From positions 292,715-356,714 of the forward strand of contig CAVPIW010000007.1 of the NCBI GenBank assembly GCA_963705105.1: a stretch of DNA of 64,000 nt. Direction: 5' to 3'. This document shows, one piece after another, positions 10,000-20,600 of the stretch; positions within the stretch are counted from its first letter, which is position 1; each line of letters opens with the position of its first letter. This stretch comes from an uncultured Nitrospiraceae bacterium. Its GTDB lineage: Bacteria > Nitrospirota > Thermodesulfovibrionia > Thermodesulfovibrionales > Dissulfurispiraceae. The notes beneath the pieces were generated by a model, which did no database searches, was not told the DNA's origin, and worked only from the letters and a program-made list of their open reading frames with translations. A program made the position numbers and the translations under genes.

Positions 10000-10751
10000 A
10001 AAGAGACGCCATTCTCGTTACAAATGACGACGGCGTGCATGCGCCGGGACTCATCGCCCTGTTCAAGGCGATGAAGGATCTCGGTGACGCCTTCGTCGTC
10101 GCCCCCGACAGGGAGCGGAGCGCTGTCGGCCACGCCCTGACGCTCCACCGGCCCCTGAAGGCGGAGGAGCTCCGTGAAAACGTTTACAGCGTCAACGGGA
10201 CGCCGACGGATTGCGTCGCCCTCGGCATTCACAAGGTGCTCCCGCGGAAGCCCTTCCTCGTGGCCTCCGGCATCAACAGGGGTGCAAACCTGGGCGACGA
10301 CATCACCTATTCCGGAACGGTCTCCGCCGCCATCGAGGGGACGATCCTCGGTGTGCCGTCCTTTGCCATTTCCCTCGTCGGGGACAAGCCCTATCATTAC
10401 GAAACAGCCGTTCCCTATGCCGTTGAGGTCGCGCGCTACATCCTCGAAAAGTCCCTGCCCTTCGACACCCTGCTCAATGTGAATGTCCCGAACATCGCGA
10501 AGGACCAGGTGAAGGGCATCAAGTTCACGCGGCAGGGAAAGCGTGTCTACGATAACGCCATACAGGAGATCTACTCACCCTGGGGAGACAAGCACTATTG
10601 GATCGGCGGCGGCCAGCCGTACTGGGAGCAGGGCGAGGACATGGACATACAGGCCGTCCTCGACGGCTATGTCTCCATCACGCCGATCCACCTCGACCTG
10701 ACGAACTACGAGGCCCTGGAATACGTTTCGCGCACATGGAAGAGAGGCTGA
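9996..10751 (+). CDS. surE: 5'/3'-nucleotidase SurE
   Basis: LVTNDDG, GTPTDCV, SGINRGANLG, YSGTVSAA. Confidence 0.95.
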   Translation: MKRDAILVTNDDGVHAPGLIALFKAMKDLGDAFVVAPDRERSAVGHALTLHRPLKAEELRENVYSVNGTPTDCVALGIHKVLPRKPFLVASGINRGANLGDDITYSGTVSAAIEGTILGVPSFAISLVGDKPYHYETAVPYAVEVARYILEKSLPFDTLLNVNVPNIAKDQVKGIKFTRQGKRVYDNAIQEIYSPWGDKHYWIGGGQPYWEQGEDMDIQAVLDGYVSITPIHLDLTNYEALEYVSRTWKRG

Positions 10752-10752
10752 T

Positions 10753-11397
10753 ATGGAAGATTACAGGAAGCTCCGGGACATCATGGTTGAGACCCAGCTC
10801 ATTCCCAGGGGGATAAAGGATGCGAGGGTGCTGCAGGCGATGAGGAAGGTGCCGCGCCACCTCTTCGTCCCCGAGGTCTACCGCCACAGCGCCTATGAGG
10901 ACATGGCCCTCCCGATCGGGGAGGAGCAGACGATCTCACAGCCGTACATGGTCGCCGTCATGACGGAGCTTCTCGGACTGAAGGGAACCGAGAAGGTGCT
11001 CGAAATCGGCACCGGCTCGGGGTACCAGGCTGCGATCCTCGCGGAGCTTGCCGGCACGGTCTACACGATCGAACGGCTCCCCGACCTCGCCGAGGAGGCA
11101 CAGACGAGAATACGGTCCCTCGGATATGACAACGTGACGGTGGTGGCCGCAGACGGGACCAAGGGATACGAGCAGGAATCGCCCTACGACAGGATCATCA
11201 TCACCGCGGCTGCTCCCGCCATCCCGATGCCCCTCATCATGCAGCTTCGCGAGGACGGCGTCATCGTCGCCCCCGTGGGCGAGAGGTTTTCTCAGGTGCT
11301 CATCAGGGGCAGGAAAGAGGCGGGGAGTCTCGTCGAGGACTACCACACCCCCTGCGTCTTCGTCCCCCTCATCGGTGAGCACGGCTGGCAGAGATGA
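10753..11397 (+). CDS. pcm: Protein-L-isoaspartate O-methyltransferase
   Basis: QTISQPYMVA, LEIGTGSGYQ; conserved surE-pcm order. Confidence 0.95.
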   Translation: MEDYRKLRDIMVETQLIPRGIKDARVLQAMRKVPRHLFVPEVYRHSAYEDMALPIGEEQTISQPYMVAVMTELLGLKGTEKVLEIGTGSGYQAAILAELAGTVYTIERLPDLAEEAQTRIRSLGYDNVTVVAADGTKGYEQESPYDRIIITAAAPAIPMPLIMQLREDGVIVAPVGERFSQVLIRGRKEAGSLVEDYHTPCVFVPLIGEHGWQR

Positions 11398-11550
11398 GAT
11401 TAGCGATGCAGTCGCATGAAAAGGCGGGGCTGAACTTCATTGGTGTCCAAGGTAACGTAACACGAGGACAGGGCATGCTTTCTTCGCAAAATAAACTCCC
11501 TTTCCTCATGAGCATGTCTTTGTTTTGAAAACATGTGTCTTCACAGGTAC

Positions 11551-11752
11551 ACCTTTCTGTTGCATGGAAAGGCGCGGCGAAGCACCTCAAAGCCTTGCTG
11601 AAGGCGACGATGAGCCTCGTCAGCTTCGTGTTTCAGGATTCCACTCTTTGTGTCATCGACCATTGGCGTATAGTTCATGATACAGGTGTCGCCGCAGCAA
11701 GGTTTTCGGCGCATACACCCCGCCTTCCAGAAAGCGTATGCAACCATAAGGT
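11551..11752. repeat. Palindromic intergenic element E1 (possibly nested in a degenerate outer copy at about 11405-11868)
   Basis: acctttctgttgcatggaaaggcgcggcg...ccttgctgaaggcgac / gtcgccgcagcaagg...caccccgccttcc...tgcaaccataaggt; another left end gcatgaaaaggcggggc at 11414. Confidence 0.85.
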
Positions 11753-11931
11753 ACACAGTGCGGCTCCCGCTGCGGCTTGCGCCTTCGTCTACCGCCGCCG
11801 TGAACATTACCCGTGAATTTTGCTTCAGAAACCACACCCCGTCCTCGTTTTCAAGGTCTCGCTGCACAATATCTGGACAAAGGTGAGGGGTATACATTGC
11901 GGTTATCATGGGATGAAATCAGGAGGCAATC

Positions 11932-12201
11932 ATGGACGTCAAGATCGAGACACCGTCGGAGGAGATGATCAGGGAGCGTAATGTGAGGTCCTGGCCTATC
12001 TGGGAGAAAGGGGTCTCACGGTTCGGCTGGCACTACGATCAGACCGAGGAGTGTTTTCTCCTGGAAGGCAGGGTCGTCGTCGAAACGAAGAACGGAGGCA
12101 GGGTCGAGTTTCAGAAGGGCGATTTCGTCACCTTTCCGAAGGGCCTCTCCTGCACGTGGGACATCAAGGAGCCGGTGAGAAAGCACTACAACTTCCGGTA
12201 G
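11932..12201 (+). CDS. Cupin domain protein (DUF861/EutQ-like)
   Basis: WPIWEK..S.F.WHY..TEECF.LEG.V...GDFVTFPKG..CTW. Confidence 0.85.
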   Translation: MDVKIETPSEEMIRERNVRSWPIWEKGVSRFGWHYDQTEECFLLEGRVVVETKNGGRVEFQKGDFVTFPKGLSCTWDIKEPVRKHYNFR

Positions 12202-12268
12202 ACATATCGGGTCGCTCCGATATGGGTGGGACACCGCGATCACCCGTTCCGGCTGCCGGCAAAGCGCC

Positions 12269-12757
12269 TCAGAGGGTGTAGAGCGTTTCGTCCCTGAGAG
12301 GGGCTTTTCTCCGGCCTTTCGCGGCGATCTTCCGCTGCCTGAAGGGCATGTCCTCTCCTTCGAGGAGGTCCCCCATCTCCGCCTCGATCTTGTCGGGGTC
12401 CTCCCCGGCTTCCATACGGCGGATCGCCTCCTCCATGCCCGATCCGAGATCGAGCCCCGTGGCGTCGCAGAGTTTTCGCATGAGACGGGCGGCCTGTCTG
12501 GGGTCCTCATCGTTGATCCCCTGTGCTTCCCGTTCCAGGAGGGACATGGCTTTTTCGATCTTCGACTCGTCCAGGTCCGGCATACCCGCATCGTCAGACT
12601 CTTTCAGTCCTCTGAGAACGGAGACCCTCGAGACGAGACGCCCGATGGGGCCTTTCCCGCATTTCGGGCAGAGAGGGCGCTTCTCCGTGTTGACCCTGGC
12701 AGAGAAGAAATTAAAAATCGTATTGCAGTCGCTGCAGAAGAACTCATAGATCGGCAT
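12269..12757 (-). CDS. FmdB family zinc-ribbon protein
   Basis: MPIYEFFCSDC...CPKCG; RBS GGAGG upstream of ATG 12757. Confidence 0.85.
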   Translation of the reverse strand: MPIYEFFCSDCNTIFNFFSARVNTEKRPLCPKCGKGPIGRLVSRVSVLRGLKESDDAGMPDLDESKIEKAMSLLEREAQGINDEDPRQAARLMRKLCDATGLDLGSGMEEAIRRMEAGEDPDKIEAEMGDLLEGEDMPFRQRKIAAKGRRKAPLRDETLYTL

Positions 12758-13139
12758 GGTTCTTCCTCCGGCGGCTACTGTTCCTTCGGAGCCGGGGGCG
12801 CCTGTTCCTTCGGAGCCGGGGGCGCGCCGTTTCCTCCGCATCCTGTGAGGGAGGGGGAGGATCGATGTAGCGGGACGTGTATTCCCCGAGAGGGCGCTCA
12901 AAGGTGTAGTAAAAGGGTTTGCGGACGAGTTCATGGGCCGTCTTTTTTACGCTCCTGCTCGTTGCGGCGAAGGGCAGGGCAAGGACAAAAATGGCAGCAC
13001 CGGCGATTGTCGCGGCAATGCCGAGGGGCCGTGATACGACGAGATCGCCGATCATCTCCGGCGTTTTGTCCGTTGCAAAGGCGGGGATTGCCGTCAGCAG
13101 GGTCACGAAACACATCAGGAGAGCAAGTCCCTTCATCAT
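12744..13139 (-). CDS. Hypothetical exported/membrane protein
   Basis: Signal peptide, D.VV.RPLG.AATI.G...F..ALPF...P..YTF.RPLG; RBS GAGGAGG; 24-bp tandem repeat at 12778-12825 in the tail. Confidence 0.7.
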   Translation of the reverse strand: MMKGLALLMCFVTLLTAIPAFATDKTPEMIGDLVVSRPLGIAATIAGAAIFVLALPFAATSRSVKKTAHELVRKPFYYTFERPLGEYTSRYIDPPPPSQDAEETARPRLRRNRRPRLRRNSSRRRKNHADL

Positions 13140-13197
13140 GATATATACCTCCTCACAAGGAACTTCTTTCTTTCCATTATACCCCAAAAACAGATTT

Positions 13198-13394
13198 ACT
13201 TTATCGGTGCAACACACTCCCGCGAAAGGCGGGGCGTATGCGCAGAAAACCTTGCTGCGGCGACACCGTAACTCTCACAGAAGACGACCTTTCAAGCAAA
13301 TGGCCGAAAAGTGAGCCTTTTTACTGACACTGACACTCACACTGACACTGTTTTTCAGAGCGCTTCGCCCCGCCTTTCCATGCAACTGAAAGGT
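13198..13394. repeat. Palindromic intergenic element E2 (type A interior, short)
   Basis: actttatcggtgcaac...gaaaggcggggcg ... cgccccgcctttccatgcaactgaaaggt; internal (CACTGA/CACTCA)n. Confidence 0.9.
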
Positions 13395-13466
13395 TTAGTG
13401 ACAGTGTCGGTGTGAGTGCCAGTCAAGGGAAGGTCCGGCCGTTCGGAGGAACGGCACCCGATATAA

Positions 13467-14294
13467 TCACTCGTCCACCCTTTCCCCCCAGACCTTCTGA
13501 CTGCGGGCGATCTTCTTTTTCACCGTTTCCCAGGTTTTCGTCACCAGGAACGAATCGGGCCATCGCCCGACCATGCGGCTGTACATCTCATAGGGCACGG
13601 CAAAGGTGATTTCATCGGGTTTCAGGAACTTACGGTCCGACGGGTCCCATCCGCCGATGACGGCCTTCAGTTTTCCCTCGGAGACGTACTTGAGCGGCCA
13701 TGTGGCGATGTTCGTGCAACCCGCGCCGAACGGGGACATGACCGCCTCGAAGTCGTTCGTCACAAATGTGGCGAGCTGATTCAGGCCGGCGATGATCTCC
13801 CCCCTGGCGAAGAAGATGACCACTTCCGGCTGCTCGCCGTCGCTGAAGTGACTGACCGACTTGAACACGCAGTAACGGGCCGGCGCAGGCCGGGGATCGA
13901 CGGTCCTGAAAAAGTCCCGCACCACATCGGGAGACGCGAGGTAATGCTCGCCCTCCATGACGCCCGGGATGCCGGAGGAGACGTAATAGGTGATGAAATC
14001 GAGCTGGGGCTTCAGAAAACCGAGATAGAAAGCGCCGCCGAGGCAACCGAAGTGGTCGCGGTCGAAAAAGGCGGCGGTCTTCTTCCTCCGTGCAAGCCAG
14101 ATCTTGCCGACGACGCAGGAGAAACCGGCAAAGAGGGCGTTGAAGTCGACCTTGCCCTGTTTTTCTTCTTCAGCCGACGGGAGGGTCCCCGGCTCGGGCA
14201 GGAACCCTTCTTCAGGCCGCTTATCCGTGTAGAACATGCCCATGGGCTCCTCCAGGAGACCAAGGGCGTCGAACAAACCTTTCGCATTTTCCAT
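13467..14294 (-). CDS. DUF169 family protein
   Basis: SCV..., FGCLGG...LGF, SPFGAGC, A.IGG.DPS.R pattern; RBS GGAGG. Confidence 0.75.
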   Translation of the reverse strand: MENAKGLFDALGLLEEPMGMFYTDKRPEEGFLPEPGTLPSAEEEKQGKVDFNALFAGFSCVVGKIWLARRKKTAAFFDRDHFGCLGGAFYLGFLKPQLDFITYYVSSGIPGVMEGEHYLASPDVVRDFFRTVDPRPAPARYCVFKSVSHFSDGEQPEVVIFFARGEIIAGLNQLATFVTNDFEAVMSPFGAGCTNIATWPLKYVSEGKLKAVIGGWDPSDRKFLKPDEITFAVPYEMYSRMVGRWPDSFLVTKTWETVKKKIARSQKVWGERVDE

Positions 14295-14315
14295 AACAAC
14301 CTCCCCCAAAACAAA

Positions 14316-14460
14316 GTGTCAGTGTGAGTGTGAGTGCCAGTGAAAGGAGACGTCATAAATAATTATCCCAAAAAAAAGTGTCAGTGTGAGTGTGAGTGCC
14401 AGTGAAAGGAGACGTCATAAATAATTATCCCCAAAAAAAAGTGTCAGTGACAGTGTGAGT
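14316..14460 (+). repeat. Tandem 62/63-bp unit (two copies plus a partial third) built on GTGTCA/GTGTGA hexamers
   Basis: gtgtcagtgtgagtgtgagtgccagtgaaaggagacgtcataaataattatccc(c)aaaaaaaa at 14316 and 14378, partial at 14441. Confidence 0.95.
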
Positions 14461-14462
14461 GA

Positions 14463-14695
14463 ACCTTAACGTTGCAATGGGACCTCCGGAAAGGCGGGGC
14501 GTATGCGCCACCCAATAAATTATTGAGTCATTGAGTCATTGAGTAATTGAGTAATTAAGTCATTGACGGCAGTCAACAGGCGCTGAACACCTGGAGAAGT
14601 CTCATCATCGCATTGGAAAGGCTTTGAACCATATCTGCCTTCCCGGGGCAGAGCCGCTGCCGGCGATGGCATCCAGGAGCCTCGCCCCGCTTTTA
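14463..14695. repeat. Palindromic intergenic element E3 (type B interior, internally deleted)
   Basis: accttaacgttgcaat...ggaaaggcggggcg, (TCATTGAG/TAATTGAG)n octamers, cctcgccccgctttt at the right end. Confidence 0.85.
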
Positions 14696-15778
14696 TCGGC
14701 TGCCGGCTGAGGGCGACCGGCTGTCTTTCGGCCTCTCTTTCGACTCGATGAAGATATCCACCTGCTGTCCGGCATAAACGGGAAAGTCGGGGGGAGTGAA
14801 ACGGTAGATGACCTGGAGCACCCGGACGTCGACCCGCTCCGTCGTGTTGCCGGTGAGCTGTCTCTTGGGAATGATGTAGGGATCGACGCGCTCGAATTCG
14901 AGGGGGATCTGCCTGTCCGTGTATCCCCGGAGGTAGGCGATGGCACGGGCGCCCTTCCGCACGTCCACCGCGTTGACCTCGTCGATGTCCGCCCTGATCT
15001 GGAGGCGGTCCGTCCGTCCCATGAGAACAGGCGATTCAGCCTGACCCGGGGCGATCCACTCGCCGGGCCGCACGTTGATCTGGAGGATGGCGCCGTCCTT
15101 CGGCGCACGCACGGTGTGCCACGAGAGGACCTGGGACGCCTCCTTCAGGGATGCCCTCTTTGCATTGAGTGCCGCTTCCTGCTCCCTGACCTCATATTCC
15201 CACGCGCCGGCTTTGACGGCGGCGAGGTTCGCCTTTGCCTCACCGAGGCTCGCCTCGGCGGCCTTGACCTGCTGACGCGTCTGATCGATGGCGTCCTGGC
15301 TGACCGATCCGGGATAGGCCTCCCAGGTCTTTTCGAGTCGCGCCAGCCGTGTTTTCAGGTCCGCCAGCTGCGCCTCCGCCCGCTCCACAGCCTGTTCAAG
15401 GGGCACGACATTTTCCGGTCTCGGCAGGTGTCGCAGGAGGGCGAGCCGCTCTTCCGCGGCCTTGACCTCTGAGGTCAGCCGCTCGACGAGGGCCTTCTGC
15501 GCACGGCCGTCAAGTTCGATCAGGGGGTCTCCCGTCCTGACCTGCTGGTTTCTGGACACGAAGATCTTCTCGACGAGGCCGGCCACCTGGGACTGGACGC
15601 GCACATTCTCTTCGGTGGACTCGATGATGCCTGACCCGGCGACGGATACGGGGAAGGGGCTTGCCGAGGGCGCGTGGAGCGGCGGCGGAGGGGGCTGCGT
15701 TTTGCCGCCGACGACAACGCGGTAGATGCCGAAGAGGATGCCGATGATCGCCAGGACAAAAAGGGCCTTATACTTCAT
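14693..15778 (-). CDS. HlyD/efflux periplasmic adaptor subunit
   Basis: N-terminal TM, biotinyl-lipoyl halves (V..GDPLIELD; VRAPKDG), coiled coil. Confidence 0.9.
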   Translation of the reverse strand: MKYKALFVLAIIGILFGIYRVVVGGKTQPPPPPLHAPSASPFPVSVAGSGIIESTEENVRVQSQVAGLVEKIFVSRNQQVRTGDPLIELDGRAQKALVERLTSEVKAAEERLALLRHLPRPENVVPLEQAVERAEAQLADLKTRLARLEKTWEAYPGSVSQDAIDQTRQQVKAAEASLGEAKANLAAVKAGAWEYEVREQEAALNAKRASLKEASQVLSWHTVRAPKDGAILQINVRPGEWIAPGQAESPVLMGRTDRLQIRADIDEVNAVDVRKGARAIAYLRGYTDRQIPLEFERVDPYIIPKRQLTGNTTERVDVRVLQVIYRFTPPDFPVYAGQQVDIFIESKERPKDSRSPSAGSR

Positions 15779-16485
15779 ACTGGAACCTCCTGAGCCTTTT
15801 TATGACTGATTTCGGTGACGCGTCCGTCCACGAGATGGGCGATTCTGTCCGCATAGGGAATGATCCTGTTGTCATGGGTGACGACAATGAGACACCGGTC
15901 GGGGCTGAGGGCCCGTTTGCGCATGAGATCCATCACTTTCTGGCCCGTTTCCGTATCGAGGGCTGCTGTCGGCTCATCGCAGATGAGGATCTGGGGTTCG
16001 TGCACGATGGCCCGCGTGAATGCGACCCTCTGTTTCTCTCCCGTCGAGAGGAGACCGATGGCATTGGACGCCCGCGCCTCGAGGCCCACTTCGCCGAGGT
16101 ATTGAGAGGCCCTCCGGAGTGAGTCATCCCAGGGCCCTTCATTGATGAGGAGCGGTATGGCCACATTCTCCGCCGCCGTCATGTGGGGGAGAAGATTGTA
16201 CTCCTGGAACATGAACCCGATTTTCTTCGCCCTCAGGGCCGTTTTGTCGGCATTCGAAAGGGCCGTTATATCCGTCCCGAGGACTGTGACCGTTCCCCTC
16301 GTCGGAGCAAGGACGCCGCCGATGATGCTCAGCAGGGTCGTCTTGCCGCTCCCGGAAGGACCCATGATCATGAAGAGCTCCCCGAAGTGGATGTCAAGGT
16401 TGACGTCTCTCAGCGCATGGATCGTCGCCTCTCCTCTGCCGAAGCTCTTGTTCACGCCCCGCAAGGCTATTGCGATGTCAGGCAT
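15775..16485 (-). CDS. ABC transporter ATP-binding protein (MacB/LolD/DevA type)
   Basis: GPSGSGKT, LSTGEKQRVA, ICDEPT, VTHD. Confidence 0.95.
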   Translation of the reverse strand: MPDIAIALRGVNKSFGRGEATIHALRDVNLDIHFGELFMIMGPSGSGKTTLLSIIGGVLAPTRGTVTVLGTDITALSNADKTALRAKKIGFMFQEYNLLPHMTAAENVAIPLLINEGPWDDSLRRASQYLGEVGLEARASNAIGLLSTGEKQRVAFTRAIVHEPQILICDEPTAALDTETGQKVMDLMRKRALSPDRCLIVVTHDNRIIPYADRIAHLVDGRVTEISHKKAQEVPV

Positions 16486-16486
16486 G

Positions 16487-17627
16487 TCAACCCCGGAAAA
16501 CGTCCGCCGGATCGATGCGGAGGACGCGGTTCAGGACGACGACGGCGGCGATGCCGCAAATGACGACGGTCATGACGAAGGAACCGATGAGGACATGCGG
16601 AGGGGTGTATGCCGCGTAGTTGGGCAGATTCTCCAGCAGCACCTTCAGGAGGATGCTCGCAACTCCGACGCCTATGCCGTATCCCTGGATGCCGACGACG
16701 GCGCTCTGCAGGACCACCATGCGGACCAGCGTCCATGAATTCACCCCCATGGCCTTGAGGGCGGCGAACTGCTTGAGGTTCTCCAGTCCGAAGGTGTGGA
16801 AGGTCTGGCCGGTGACGGCGGCGCCGACGATAAAGCCGAGAAGGGTGATGATGCCGAAATTCATCCCGATGCCCGTCTGGGTGAGATAATACCGGACCGT
16901 CATCCAGCTCAGTTCGTCCTTCGTCAGGGCGAGGAGACCCGTTTTCTGCCGTATTTCCTCCTTGAACTCAGCCATCCCGACGCCCTCCTTCGGCTTGAGC
17001 AGGACGAACGTGATCTGTTTCCTCTCGGGAGGCGTGAATTCGAGGGCCCTTTCGAAGGTCGTGAAGAGGATGGGCAGATCGAAGAGACTCGTCTCGACGC
17101 TGACAGTCCCGGCGATCCGGGCCTGCCGGTCATTCATCTCGAAGGTATCGCCCACCTTCGGCATGCTGAGCTTGCGGAGCCCCCGATCATTGACGAGGAC
17201 GGCATTCGCCTGGTAGACATCATCTATTTTGCCGGAAAGGACCCGCGAAGGGACGGCCGACGAGGGATGCGCTGTCGAGGCCGAAAAGACGCACTGTCTG
17301 GAAGGACCCGTTCGGCAGTCGCGCCCTCAGGTTCCCGATGTAGAGGGGCACGGCCCAGTCGACGCCGGATATACTCCTGATCCTGCTCAGGGCGGCATTG
17401 GGAAGGGGCTGGACGTCATCGATGTACTTGATGCCGGGATCGGTCACCCAGACGGGCGCCCCGATCGTCCGGATGTCGGCCGTCGTCCTCCTGAGGATGC
17501 CGAGAAAGACGGACACCATCTGAACGACGAGGAAGACCGAGAAGGTGATGCCGGCGATGACGGCGAAGTATTTGGCCCTGTCTCCCATGAGCATCTTGAG
17601 GGCCACACGATCCAGTCCCTTCATCAT
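16487..17627 (-). pseudogene. ABC permease (FtsX/DevC type), +1 frameshift near 17250
   Basis: Removing one C from CGTCCCTTCG joins the two ORFs as ...GRPSRVLSGKIDDVYQANAVLVNDRGLRKLSMPKVGD...; may be a sequencing error. Confidence 0.8.
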
Positions 17628-17666
17628 GTTTCAGCATATCACAGGGACGGCGCCGTTTCAAATCAT

Positions 17667-20600
17667 TCATCCCTTTCCCCATCCGCCGCCGCCGGGTGTT
17701 TCGATCACGACGGCATCACCGGCCTCCAGCTCCAGTGTCACCCTGTGGGGCAGCCCGACGATGCGTCCGTCGGCCCTCCTGAGCAGGTTCATCCCCCTTG
17801 CTCCCGGCTGCCCTCCTTCAAGTCCGTACGGCTCAGTCCGTCTCCGCTCCGAAATGATCACCACCCTGGCGGGCTTGAGAAAAGCGATCTCCCTCGCCAG
17901 GCCGTCACCGCCCGGAAAGAGTCCTCTCCCCCCGGACCCCCGTCGCAGCATGAACCTCTTCAGGAGCACGCCGGGATGGCGGTATTCAAGGATCTCCGGG
18001 TCCGTCATCCGGGTGTTCGTCATGTGCACCTGCACGCCCGATGCGCCGGCGCACCCCTCAGTAGCACCCGATCCCCCTGCAATCGTCTCATAGTAAGGGG
18101 TGTCCCCTTCGACCTGGAAGAGCAGGTTGTTCATGGTGCCCTGCGATGCGGCGGCGAGGCCGAGGGCACCGAGGAGGACATCGACGATGCGCTGCGACGT
18201 CTCCACATTGCCCGTCGAAACGGGCGCGGGGAAACGCGGATTCAGGATGGTGCCTTCCGGGGCGATGATTCTGACAGGTCTCAGGCAGCCGCTGTTTAGG
18301 GGGATGTCCGTGCCGGCGATCGTCCTGAGCACATAGAGGACCGCCGAGCGGGTAACGGGAAGAGGCGCGTTCAGGCTGTCGGCGTCATGCTGCGGCCCCG
18401 TGCCCGAAAAATCGATTGTCGCCTGAACGGTCCCCGGAGGGTCTGATCCTCCTGAAATAACGATCCTTACCATGATGGGGCTGCCGTCGTCGAGACGATC
18501 CCCGAAGGTCCCCTCGAAAATATTGCCCGGTCCGAGAAAGCGTGCAAGCCCCTGCCGGACCATCATGGCCCCGTTGTCCTGGATATGTTTCATGTAGTGC
18601 GTCACCGTTTCAGTGCCGTATTTCGCGATCGCCCCGGCCAGGTCCCTCGCCCCTTTCAGGCACGCCGCCATCTGGGCCTGCACGTCGAGGAGCCGCTCGG
18701 AAATGTTCCTCGCCGGATAGGGGCTGTCCGTGAGGAGACGCGCGAGTCGCTCCGCGAAGAACGTGCCGCCGCGGGCGACGCGCATCGGGTCGATGAGAAC
18801 GCCCTCTTCGTCGATATGACGGGCTTCCGGGAGGAGAGACCCCGGCACGATGCCCCCTATGTCGGCATGATGGCCCCGCGCGGCGGTGAAGGCCAGCGGT
18901 CCCTCGCCATCCAGGAAAAAGGGGCAGACCACCGTCATGTCCGGGAGGTGCGAGCCTCCGCGATAGGGGTTATTCGTGAGAAAGAGGTCGCCCGGCTGCA
19001 TGTCGCTGCCGTATCGGGCCAGCACCGCCTTGACCGTATCGGCCATGGAGCCCAGGTGGACGGGGATATGGGGTGCATTGGCGACGAGGTCTCCCCGCCC
19101 GTCAAAGAGGGCGCAGGAGAAGTCGAGCCGCTCCTTGATGTTGACGGAGCAGGACGTGTTCCTCAGGACGTGTCCCATTTCCGAGGCGATGTTCATGTAG
19201 AGGTTGTTGAATACCTCCAGGAGGACCGGGTCAGGGGCCGCATGTTCCCGCAACGCCGTCACCGTGCCCTGTGCAACCATATCGATCGTTATCATGGCTG
19301 ATTCGTCGATCACGGCCGTGAAACCCGGATCGACGACAACGGTCGTATGCGCGTCGACGATGAGCGCCGGACCATTGATCGTCTCGCCGGCCGGCGCCGT
19401 TTCTCTGAGAAACACCGGGGCAAGGACCTCTCCTTCCGGGACGGCGACAGTCTGCCAGGTGACGGGACCCGCTCCTTCCCCTCCGTGCAGCCTGTCGTGG
19501 CGGTATGGCGGGAAGAACTCCTCCTCCGCCTCCAGCTCCACCCTGATATTCTCGACCTCGATCACACCGTCTCCGGGAGAAAAACCGAAGGTGCGGCGAT
19601 ACCGTTGCCTGAATGATTCAGCGGTCTGATCGTAGTCGCGGCATTCCACAGACAGGGACATGTCCGTCCCGAGAGGCCGGAGGTCAAGCATGCGCTTCCG
19701 GAGGAGTCTCCTTGCCGAAAGCCCGTGATCATTGACCATCGTCTCCTCAAGGGCCAGAAAAGACCGCGCAAGGTCGCCGTGACTCTGCGGCGTGTAGGGC
19801 CTGAGGACCGACAGGGAGGACGTCCAGGCCTGCTTTGCCAGGCCCATGCCGTAGGCGGACAACAGGCTTCCCAGGGGGTGGATCAAGATCCTCCTGATGC
19901 CCAGCGATGATGCGATGCCGCAGGCGTGCTGGCCTCCCGCCCCTCCGAAGCAGACGAGGACGTGCTTCGTCACGTCGTAGCCCTTCGAAACGGAAACCTC
20001 CCTGATCGCCATCGCCATCTTTTCATCGGCGATCTGCAGGAAGCCGAGGGCCGTCCCGACAGGGGTGTCAGACCTTCCCAGGTCCGTGTTGATACGGTCC
20101 GTCAGCTTTTGAAAGCCCTGACGGACGGCGGCGATATCGACAGGCGACTTCCTGTCTCTTCCGAAGGTCTTCGGAAAGAATTCCCCGGCGACCCTGCCGG
20201 TCATCACGTTCGCGTCGGTTATTGTGAGGGGGCCGCCGAAGCCGTAACAGGCGGGCCCGGGATCGGCGCCGGCCGATTCGGGACCGACGCGCATCTTCTG
20301 TCCGTCGAACCAGAGGATCGATCCTCCACCTGATGCGACGGTATTGATGCCGAGCATCTCCGTCCGGAATTCCAAGCCTCCCAACACCTGATCCGGGCGC
20401 AGCAGAAACTCGCCGTCGAAGCGTGACACGTCCGTCGATGTGCCTCCCATATCGAAGCCGATCGCCTCGCCGATGCCCCTCCGGCCGGCAATGCCCGCCA
20501 CGGCAACGACTCCTCCCGCAGGCCCGGACAGGAGAGCCGCCTTGCCCCGGAAACGTCCCGCCCCGGTGAGCCTGCCGGAACTCTCCATGAACTCGATCCT

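Noticed and set aside
14316..14570. CRISPR array
   Set aside because: Units are tandem duplicates or microsatellites with no unique spacers; no cas genes in the window.
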